DNA of 64,000 bases from Bacilli bacterium (lineage in GTDB: Bacteria > Bacillota_I > Bacilli_A > RF39 > UBA660). The number at the start of each line of letters is the position of its first letter. Positions within the stretch are counted from its first letter, which is position 1. The stretch spans positions 924-64,923 of the forward strand of contig JAZQIU010000027.1 of NCBI GenBank assembly GCA_045541255.1, written 5' to 3'. The notes below the pieces were generated by a model. The model ran no database searches, was not told the DNA's origin, and was given only the letters and a program-made list of their open reading frames with translations. Positions 7,790 to 15,736 of the stretch are shown one piece after another. A program made the position numbers and the translations under genes.

Positions 7790-9010
7790 TTATTTACCTA
7801 TAAAATATTTTTTCTTTCCTTTTCTAATAATTAAATATTGTTCAAATAATAAATCATCTTTTGTAATTATTTTATTTTCATCAGTAATTTTTTCGCCATT
7901 TACTGTAATACTATTATTTGTTAAGAATTCTCTAGCTTCTCTTCTTGAAGATGCAATATTATTATTAACTAATATATCAATTATTTTTTCGTCTAAATCT
8001 AATTCAAAAGTTGGAACACCTTTAAATGCACTTTCTAATTCACTACTTGTTAATTCATTTATTTTTCCACTAAATAAACATTCACTTATTTTAACAGCAC
8101 TTTCGTATTCTTCAATACCATGTAAATCTGTTATTACTTCACGAGCTAATGCTTTATGTGCTTCTCTTAAATGTGGATTTTCTAAATGATTTTTTTCAAT
8201 TGTTTCGATTTCTTCTTTTGATAAGAATGTTAATTTCTTTAAGTATTCAATTATCATACTGTCTTCTAAATTAACTAAGTATTGATACAATTCATAACTA
8301 GATGTTTTATTTTTATCTAACCATAAAGCATTTCCTTCTGTTTTTCCAAATTTAACTCCATTAGAATCAGTTACTAATGGCATAACCATACCATATACTT
8401 CTTTATCCAATTTTTTTCTTACTAATTCTATTCCTGAAGTTATGTTACCCCATTGGTCTGATCCTGCTACTTGTAATGTTACTCCTCTAGTTTCATATAA
8501 ATGTAAGAAGTCTAAAGCTTGTAAAATCATGTATGAGAATTCTGCATAAGTTATACCTGTTTCTAAACGTGATTTAACTTTATCTTTAGCTAACATATAA
8601 TTAATATTAAAATATTTACCATAATCTCTTAAAAAATCAATTACATTTATATCTTTAGTCCAATCAAAGTTATTAACAACTTCGAAGCCAAATATTTTTT
8701 CAGCTTGTGCTTTTAATCCTTTAAAATTCTTTTCTACTTCTTCTTTTGATATCATTGGTCTTTCAGTATTTGGTTTAGGATCTCCTATCAATCCTGTTGC
8801 TCCACCTACTAAAAGTATTGGATGATGTCCTGCTTTTGCAAGTCTTTTTGATATCAAGAATGAAGAATAATGTCCTATATGCATTGAATCTGCTGTCGGG
8901 TCCGTTCCTATATAAAATGTTATTTCTTCTTCATTTAATAATCTTTCTAATTCTGGATTACTAATATCTTGTATTAATCCTCTCCATTTTAAATCTTCAA
9001 ATAATTTCAT
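7790..9010 (-). CDS. tyrS: Tyrosine--tRNA ligase
   Basis: HIGH (DSMHIGH) and KMSKS-like (KFGKT) motifs, C-terminal S4 domain. Start at MKLFEDLKWRG behind GGAGGA. T-box leader upstream. Confidence 0.95.
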   Translation of the reverse strand: MKLFEDLKWRGLIQDISNPELERLLNEEEITFYIGTDPTADSMHIGHYSSFLISKRLAKAGHHPILLVGGATGLIGDPKPNTERPMISKEEVEKNFKGLKAQAEKIFGFEVVNNFDWTKDINVIDFLRDYGKYFNINYMLAKDKVKSRLETGITYAEFSYMILQALDFLHLYETRGVTLQVAGSDQWGNITSGIELVRKKLDKEVYGMVMPLVTDSNGVKFGKTEGNALWLDKNKTSSYELYQYLVNLEDSMIIEYLKKLTFLSKEEIETIEKNHLENPHLREAHKALAREVITDLHGIEEYESAVKISECLFSGKINELTSSELESAFKGVPTFELDLDEKIIDILVNNNIASSRREAREFLTNNSITVNGEKITDENKIITKDDLLFEQYLIIRKGKKKYFIGK

Positions 9011-9157
9011 ACTTTTCCTCCTATAAAAAAACATCCATAAACTTAAGGGCGAATATTCCGCGGTACCACCTTAATTCTATGAATGTGCTCATATCTTTAT
9101 TTATCTTATCGCGATATACGTTTTAACTCCAGGGTCGTAAATCCTTTCTTCGTTAAC
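9011..9157 (-). promoter_or_regulatory. T-box leader (Tyr), unusually short
   Basis: T-box sequence AAUUAAGGUGGUACCGCG (9059-9076). UGGU bulge fits an A73 discriminator. Candidate specifier UAC (9137-9139) in GGAUUUACGACCCU. Long hairpin 9069-9085/9032-9048 followed by U7. Confidence 0.8.
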
Positions 9158-9163
9158 AATTTG

Positions 9164-9191
9164 ATTATATCATAAATTTTTTATTTGTAAA
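9164..9191 (-). promoter_or_regulatory. tyrS promoter
   Basis: -35 TTTACA (9186-9191), 16-nt spacer, extended -10 TGATATAAT (9164-9172). Confidence 0.6.
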
Positions 9192-9194
9192 TAT

Positions 9195-9953
9195 TTAACT
9201 TGCTTTTATAGTATTAATATAACTATTTACATTTACACTCCAACTACTACTTGCTGCATATTTTGGATTTATTAATTCTGGGGTTGTTAAACCTTTCGAA
9301 TAATAGTTTTTATACAACATATTTAAATATCCATTAATTCCTTCTTCTAAAGTATCATATTTTCTATAAGAACCACCATTACATTTAGGGCTACCTTTCA
9401 TACCACCAATATTATTACAATTTCTAACTAATTTACTACAAGTCCATTTACAACCTGTTTCTTGTAAAACTATTGCCACTGCTAAATATGGATCTAATCC
9501 TGTTTCTAAATAATAATTAGCAAAATAATGTCCGGTATTAGTTAATGTGGATTTTAAATTTTTATTTAATTTTTCTGTTAATTGAGCAAGAGTTAAACCA
9601 TCATATACTATTTCATTATTATTTGTTTCCTCTTTAGGTTTTGTAACTATATTTTCAAAAACTTCTGTTGGTTTTACTGTTGTTGTAGTAATCATTGTTG
9701 TTGTGGTTACTCTTTTTGTTGTTTTTTTTGTTGTAGTCGTTGTTGTTTCTTCTGGTATAATCAATTCTTCAATAGGTTTTTCCTCTATAACATTTGAAGA
9801 AAAAGATATATCAGAATAATTATTATAAGCTAATATATAATTTTTATTTTCAAAATAATTTTTATAAAAATATTTCTTTACTCCATTATGTCCTATTATA
9901 CATAATAAAATTCCGATTATTACTATAAATAATTGTATCCATATTTTTTTCAT
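9195..9953 (-). CDS. Membrane-anchored glucosaminidase-domain (LytD/FlgJ-type) cell-wall hydrolase with Thr-rich linker
   Basis: C-terminal ...YLAVAIVLQETG...NNIGGMKG...YRKYDTLEEGINGYLNML fits the glucosaminidase-domain pattern. N-terminal TM. Confidence 0.7.
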   Translation of the reverse strand: MKKIWIQLFIVIIGILLCIIGHNGVKKYFYKNYFENKNYILAYNNYSDISFSSNVIEEKPIEELIIPEETTTTTTKKTTKRVTTTTMITTTTVKPTEVFENIVTKPKEETNNNEIVYDGLTLAQLTEKLNKNLKSTLTNTGHYFANYYLETGLDPYLAVAIVLQETGCKWTCSKLVRNCNNIGGMKGSPKCNGGSYRKYDTLEEGINGYLNMLYKNYYSKGLTTPELINPKYAASSSWSVNVNSYINTIKAS

Positions 9954-10005
9954 AATTAATCACTAATTTATATTATAACAAGAAAAAAATAGACTTGCAA
10001 ATAGT

Positions 10006-10725
10006 CTATCTATTATTTCTTTTATAAAATCTTTTCACTGTGGACATACCACTTCTTATTTGATTTAAATCATCTACATCTATTTCTGTTTCTATTCTTT
10101 TATTAATAGTTCCTAATCTCATAAATTTACTATTAAAAGATAATAGTCTAAATAGTTTTATAAAGTCATATATAATTACTCCTAGTGCTGGTAGTAATAT
10201 AACTAATATCCATCCAAATTTATCAGCAATTAAAAATTGTACTCTACCTAATTGAGGGATTTTAAACAAAACTTTTCCCAATACATCTTTATGACTAACG
10301 GTTGCTTGGTCTGCTTTCAAGTTATTATCACCTTTTGTAATATAAGCTTTAGTTCCATCGGAGTTTGTTATAATATCAACAACTCTATGGGTTACAGTTA
10401 ATCCTTTAGATACATTACTACTAGATATAAATGTTATTATATCACCTTTTTTTATATCATCTTGATTAAATACATTTAAGTCTACAACTACATCATATAC
10501 TTTAACAGCAGGTTCCATACTTGGACTTATAATAGTGTAAAGTCCAAAACGTGGAATATTCACTGTTGGATTTTTTTCATATGCTTTTAATGATACAAAA
10601 TAATACGCAAAAAAGATTCCTAAAAATATTAAGACTACGATAACTGCATAAGATAAAAGTTTTGCTACTTTATTAATATAGAATCTTATTCTTTTTCTAC
10701 GTTCCCTTTTATTCATCTTTTCCAT
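10006..10725 (-). CDS. sipW: Signal peptidase I, SipW (ER/archaeal) type, with C-terminal TM extension
   Basis: SPSMEP (catalytic Ser) and THRVV (His) motifs. Lies directly downstream of a protein with a SipW-cognate signal peptide. Confidence 0.8.
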   Translation of the reverse strand: MEKMNKRERRKRIRFYINKVAKLLSYAVIVVLIFLGIFFAYYFVSLKAYEKNPTVNIPRFGLYTIISPSMEPAVKVYDVVVDLNVFNQDDIKKGDIITFISSSNVSKGLTVTHRVVDIITNSDGTKAYITKGDNNLKADQATVSHKDVLGKVLFKIPQLGRVQFLIADKFGWILVILLPALGVIIYDFIKLFRLLSFNSKFMRLGTINKRIETEIDVDDLNQIRSGMSTVKRFYKRNNR

Positions 10726-10812
10726 TTTATCACCGTATTATATTATCCTATATTCATTATATATTAAACAATAAAATATTTCAATGAAAAATTATGATAA
10801 AAAAACTACTCA

Positions 10813-11520
10813 CTATGGAGTAGTATCATTATTTGGATCATAATCAGGTTCATTAGTTTGTGGTGTCGGATCTGCAAGTTCAATAGTTATAAAACATTTA
10901 ATTGTTTTTCCTTGATCTTCATTTTGTTCAGCACCAATTTCATTTACCCATATTTCAAATTCCCATTTATCTTTAGAACCTAACATACCTAATTCTGCTG
11001 TACCAATTTGCATTTTCCCAGTAAATCCCGCAGTTATTTTACCAAGTTTTGTTGGAGTTGTTTCTCCAGCAAAAGTATGGTTTACATAATTATCTTCTGT
11101 AAAATATTGGCTACCTTTTACACTATGAGTTCCTTTTTCTGTTTCTGTCAACAAATATACAACATTATCTGTTTCAAAATCATTTTCTGTTACATTTAAG
11201 TAAACAACATATTCTTCATTTGCTGATGCATCTACTGCACTTGTTACTGTAAAATTTAATTTATTAGTTGGAGTTTGATCATTTTCCCATTGTGGTCTAC
11301 CTGGAATCAAATTTGTATAATTAATTTGATTTAAAGTTTCAAATTCAATTACTCCTAATGTTTTTGATTGTACAGTTACATTTGGTTCTGTTGGGTTACC
11401 TTTTATTGTTACAGTAAAATAAGCGAATGTAGCTCCAATTACCGCAACTAATAATGTTGCTATACCTATTACTGATAATACAATCATTGAGCCTTTATTA
11501 TTTTCTCTTACATTATTCAT
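10813..11520 (-). CDS. Secreted protein with SipW-cognate (TasA/camelysin-type) signal peptide
   Basis: N-terminal anchor followed by GATFAYFT, the hallmark of TasA/CalY-type SipW substrates. Confidence 0.6.
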   Translation of the reverse strand: MNNVRENNKGSMIVLSVIGIATLLVAVIGATFAYFTVTIKGNPTEPNVTVQSKTLGVIEFETLNQINYTNLIPGRPQWENDQTPTNKLNFTVTSAVDASANEEYVVYLNVTENDFETDNVVYLLTETEKGTHSVKGSQYFTEDNYVNHTFAGETTPTKLGKITAGFTGKMQIGTAELGMLGSKDKWEFEIWVNEIGAEQNEDQGKTIKCFITIELADPTPQTNEPDYDPNNDTTP

Positions 11521-11544
11521 ATTACATCATCCTTTACTATAAAA

Positions 11545-11573
11545 ATAGTATCACAAATTATTTTAAATATCAA
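11545..11573 (-). promoter_or_regulatory. Promoter of the TasA-like/sipW unit
   Basis: -35 TTGATA (11568-11573), 17-nt spacer containing TG, -10 TACTAT (11545-11550). Confidence 0.5.
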
Positions 11574-11621
11574 TATTGATTTTGAAAATTTAAAAGTACA
11601 ACGATATTATGTTGTACTTTG

Positions 11622-11740
11622 ATAGAAAAAAGGAATAAAAATAGTGTGAGTTTAAGTTTATATTTTCGTATAGGATTTCGAACAAACGACAAAAAGTAAG
11701 TCTGTTTTAGCAAAAATAATAAAAATTTCCTTTTTTCTAT
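11622..11740. repeat. Perfect 14-bp inverted repeat (ATAGAAAAAAGGAA / TTCCTTTTTTCTAT) enclosing 91 bp
   Basis: Arms at 11622-11635 and 11727-11740. A terminator hairpin (AAGTACAAC...GTTGTACTT, about 11593-11619) follows immediately in the minus sense. Confidence 0.6.
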
Positions 11741-11769
11741 TAAAATTATAATTTTTTTTTATGAATTTT

Positions 11770-13149
11770 TTATGAAATTTTTGTTATTTCAAAATAGAAA
11801 ATTGTTCCTTCTCCTACTTTACTTTTTACTCCATACTTAAATTTGTGTCTATCTAAAATATTTTTTACAATTGATAATCCTATACCTGTTCCTATTTTAT
11901 TACGTTTATGATTTTTTTCATTTTTGTAATATTTGTTCCATATTAAATTTAGGTCTTCTTCTTTTATTCCTTTACCAGTATCAATTATATTTACTAAATA
12001 TGATTTTTTCTTTTCTATAACTTCTATGGTTACTGTTAAATCATTACCTGTATAATTAATAGCATTATTAACTAAATTATAAATTACTTGTCCTATTTTA
12101 TTTATATCACCTTTTACTAATGCTTTTTCAGGAGATTTTATAATAAAGTTATAATTTTCAGTTTCTTTAATTATATTATACTTTTTTAAGATATCGTTAA
12201 TTAATTCTATTAAGTCAAATTCAATTAATTCTAAAGTTTCTTGATTAGCTTCTAGTTTACTAAGACTTAATATATCATTTACTAAAATATTCAATCTATC
12301 AGTTTCATCTATAATAATATTTAAATTTTCAGTAAATTTTTCTTTATCATCAATATTTATATCTCTTGCCATTTCTGCATATGCTTTTATCATAGTTAGT
12401 GGAGTTTTTAAATCGTGTGATACATTAGCTAATAAATCTCTTCTTAGTTCATCAGTTTTATTTATTTCTTTACTGGCATAATTTAATGCAATTCGCAAAT
12501 CATCTAATTCTTTAATATTACTCTCTTCAATATTAAGTTCACTATTTCCTTTTGCCAATTTTTTTGCTTCTTTTGTAATATTTAATAGTGGTCTATTTAA
12601 GGATTTAGATAAATAAATTGAAACAATTATTGCTAATATTATAATAATTAAAGTAATATATATTAATTGACTTCTTAATACACTTGTTGTACTATTTACA
12701 TCTTCTAATGCAGTATTTAATACAATATATTCATTGTTAGACAATTTTAAGTTGTATAATATGCTTCTGGTTTTATTAGTTGGATCATTTAATTTTATTA
12801 TTTCTTTAGAATTAGAACTTGTTATAAATTGATTTATTATTTTTTTTATACTATTATTTTTATTATTTAATATACAGTTGTTATCTAGTGAATTAAATAA
12901 GTAAACTTTGTTATTATATATATATTCAATACAAATATTATTTTTATAAGCAAGATTTTCGAGTTCTTCACTTGTATAAGTATTATTTTGTAATTCGTTC
13001 ATTACTTTTTCTAAACTATTTATTTGATATCTTTCATAAAATAATGTTAAAAATATTATTTGGGACCCCCACATTATTAATAATATTATTATTGAAAACA
13101 CTATTAATGTTTTTAACGTTTGAATTTGAATGTTATTTTTCTTTTTCAT
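11770..13149 (-). CDS. Sensor histidine kinase
   Basis: H-box SHDLKTPLT and ATP-lid motifs (NLVNNAINYT, DTGKGI, GTGIGLSIV). Two TM segments. Overlaps the regulator gene. Confidence 0.9.
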   Translation of the reverse strand: MKKKNNIQIQTLKTLIVFSIIILLIMWGSQIIFLTLFYERYQINSLEKVMNELQNNTYTSEELENLAYKNNICIEYIYNNKVYLFNSLDNNCILNNKNNSIKKIINQFITSSNSKEIIKLNDPTNKTRSILYNLKLSNNEYIVLNTALEDVNSTTSVLRSQLIYITLIIIILAIIVSIYLSKSLNRPLLNITKEAKKLAKGNSELNIEESNIKELDDLRIALNYASKEINKTDELRRDLLANVSHDLKTPLTMIKAYAEMARDINIDDKEKFTENLNIIIDETDRLNILVNDILSLSKLEANQETLELIEFDLIELINDILKKYNIIKETENYNFIIKSPEKALVKGDINKIGQVIYNLVNNAINYTGNDLTVTIEVIEKKKSYLVNIIDTGKGIKEEDLNLIWNKYYKNEKNHKRNKIGTGIGLSIVKNILDRHKFKYGVKSKVGEGTIFYFEITKIS

Positions 13150-13801
13150 ATTCTAATTTATAACCTACTCCTCGTACTGTTTTAATATAATTTTTATATT
13201 TTCCTAATTTATTTCTTAATAATTTTATATGTGCATCAATTGTTCTATCCTCTGCTTCATATGTATATCCCCAAATTTTATCTATTATCATATCTCTAGA
13301 AAAAACTATACCTTGATTTTTAAAAAATAAACATAGTAAGTCAAATTGGGTATGAGTTAATTCAATGTTTTCTTTATCAATCATAACAGTTCTTGATAAT
13401 TCATTTAACTCTATTCCACCTATAGAGACTATTTTTGTTTCTGTTTCGTTTCTTTTACATACAGCTTTTATTCTTGCAATAAGTTCTTTAGGACTAAAAG
13501 GTTTAGTAACATAATCATCTATTCCTAAATCAAAACCGGTTAATTTATCAAATTCTTCTGTTCTTGCACTTAATACAATTATTTTTGAATTATTTGTTTT
13601 TCTTATTTCTTTTATAGCACTAAAACCATCTAGTTTAGGCATCATTATATCCATAATTATACAATCATACTTATTATTATTTGTTAATTCTATTGCTTTT
13701 GTTCCATTGTCTGCTTCATCAAAATCTATACCTTCAATTTTTAAATATTCTTTTATAACATTTCTTATAAGAATTTCATCATCAACAATTAAAACTTTCA
13801 T
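13133..13801 (-). CDS. OmpR/PhoB-family response regulator
   Basis: Receiver domain (VDDE, MDIMMPKLDG, VTKPF) plus a winged helix (RTIDAHIKLLRNKL...VRGVGYKL). Confidence 0.9.
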   Translation of the reverse strand: MKVLIVDDEILIRNVIKEYLKIEGIDFDEADNGTKAIELTNNNKYDCIIMDIMMPKLDGFSAIKEIRKTNNSKIIVLSARTEEFDKLTGFDLGIDDYVTKPFSPKELIARIKAVCKRNETETKIVSIGGIELNELSRTVMIDKENIELTHTQFDLLCLFFKNQGIVFSRDMIIDKIWGYTYEAEDRTIDAHIKLLRNKLGKYKNYIKTVRGVGYKLEYEKEK

Positions 13802-13871
13802 ACTCCACCTCGACTTTTATATATTATATCAAATATATGAATTTTTAATGAAAAATAACCGTTTAAAACGG

Positions 13872-15725
13872 TTATTTAATATCAATAAATTGATTAGTTT
13901 TATAAGAAGTATTATTTTCAATAACAAATATTTCATATCTTCCAGTTGTTATATTTGGTGATATCTTTTCTATTTTTTCTTCACCTATATTTTTTAATGT
14001 ATATATTGCTCCAAAGTTATTAGAATCTATTAATACTAATTTAGCTTCTATATCATCCATAAATAATACATTATTTTCTATAACATTGTTTGAAATTGTA
14101 AAAGTATAGTCTATTACTTCATTTGTATTTCTTACTAAATTTATTACATCTTCTGTTAAAGGAATAGATGGTGTAATATTAATTGATGTTAAAACTTTTT
14201 CTTCTATAAATTCAAAATTGTATTGTTTGTTTAAATTTATTTTTGTTACTGATGATGAACCACCTTTAAAAGTTAATTCAACTACTTTTTTATTATCTTT
14301 ATATTCTATCATTTTACTATATAAGTCATTATATGAATTTATATCTATTGAATCTTCATAATTTACATTATTTAATTCTCTACCAAATAATACTATTTCA
14401 CTGTCATTATTTATTTCATAATCTCCTAATGCATAACTAAAATATTTTTTATTTTCATTTAATGAGTTTTTTAATGTTATGTTATTATTTATAATTTCAT
14501 ATGTATTAGCACTTGAGTAAGAACCTTTTAAACTTGATATAGCTGTTATTCCACTATTTATTGGATATCCATTATCAAAAACTTTTAATACATTGTCGTT
14601 TAATGTTGCTGAATACATTGATTCTGGATAAGTTCCATCTGTACTAACTAGCAAGTAATTACTAAATGAACTAGTAAAGTTTTCTGGATTAGAGAAAATC
14701 CAATTAATACTTGAATCACTATAATCTAAACTTATTACAAATTCTCCTGCCCAATATGTTAATAATAAAGTATCTGTATTTTCATAATATTCTATTCCTG
14801 AATTATTGAAATACGCATTATCTAAACCATTTGTAAAGCTATAATCTATATTACTAAATAGTTCATATATATCTACAGTTTTTACTATTTCTCCAGTATT
14901 TTTATCTATTTCTATTATTAGATCAGAATATGTAGCTCTGCCTTCTTTTTTACTAGAAACTATAATATTTCCATTATCTTTTACAAAGAAATCATTTAAG
15001 TAGCCACTTTCAATTGAATATCTATTATATACTCTACCTAAATAATCTATTTCTAATAAATCGGTACTTAATCCATTATTATTCATTGTGTTTGTACCAA
15101 CTAATAAATGTCCATTTTCTAATACTATTACATTATGATAAAAATCTTCACTATACCATCTTAATTTACCATAAGCATCAATCCCCATAGTGTTCATACT
15201 TAATGGTGATGTTATAAAATATATTTCTTTTTCTTCTGTTTCAATATTAGACTTTATATCTTTTGCTTCAATTTTATTTGTTTTGATTTTAAATGTTTTT
15301 GATTTTCCATTAGATAAATTTAATATTACATCAGTTTCTTCGTTTGCGTATAATCCAAATATTGGAATATAATGGTATTTATTTTTTTCATTATAATCTA
15401 ATTTTATATCATTGTTATTTTTTCCTTTTATAATAACTTCTACTGTTTCTTCACTATCTGTATAAAATGTAATCATTGCAGATAGTGGTGATGTATTATA
15501 AGGATTTATATATATACCAGCATTATTTAATGTATATTTATTTTTTTCTAAATTATTTTTTATTTCATTATCTATTTCAGATTGCATAACACTATTAACA
15601 GTTAGATATGAAGTTTTATTTTCTTTTATTGTTTTTTTATTATTCAATATTATTATTGCAATTATTGCTATAACTACTAATATAATAACTGATAATAATA
15701 TAATTGTCTTTTTATTCTTTTTCAT
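13872..15725 (-). CDS. Arylsulfotransferase (ASST)-family protein, membrane-anchored (tentative)
   Basis: N-terminal INPYNTSPLSAMITFYT...IPIFGLYANEETDVILNL resembles the ASST N-domain. The remainder is beta-propeller-like. By-eye call. Confidence 0.55.
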   Translation of the reverse strand: MKKNKKTIILLSVIILVVIAIIAIIILNNKKTIKENKTSYLTVNSVMQSEIDNEIKNNLEKNKYTLNNAGIYINPYNTSPLSAMITFYTDSEETVEVIIKGKNNNDIKLDYNEKNKYHYIPIFGLYANEETDVILNLSNGKSKTFKIKTNKIEAKDIKSNIETEEKEIYFITSPLSMNTMGIDAYGKLRWYSEDFYHNVIVLENGHLLVGTNTMNNNGLSTDLLEIDYLGRVYNRYSIESGYLNDFFVKDNGNIIVSSKKEGRATYSDLIIEIDKNTGEIVKTVDIYELFSNIDYSFTNGLDNAYFNNSGIEYYENTDTLLLTYWAGEFVISLDYSDSSINWIFSNPENFTSSFSNYLLVSTDGTYPESMYSATLNDNVLKVFDNGYPINSGITAISSLKGSYSSANTYEIINNNITLKNSLNENKKYFSYALGDYEINNDSEIVLFGRELNNVNYEDSIDINSYNDLYSKMIEYKDNKKVVELTFKGGSSSVTKINLNKQYNFEFIEEKVLTSINITPSIPLTEDVINLVRNTNEVIDYTFTISNNVIENNVLFMDDIEAKLVLIDSNNFGAIYTLKNIGEEKIEKISPNITTGRYEIFVIENNTSYKTNQFIDIK

Positions 15726-15736
15726 TGCTACACCCC

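Noticed and set aside
9650-9760. gttgttgt-type microrepeat.
   Set aside because: It encodes the Thr-rich linker (TTTTTKKTTKRVTTTT) of the glucosaminidase-domain protein.
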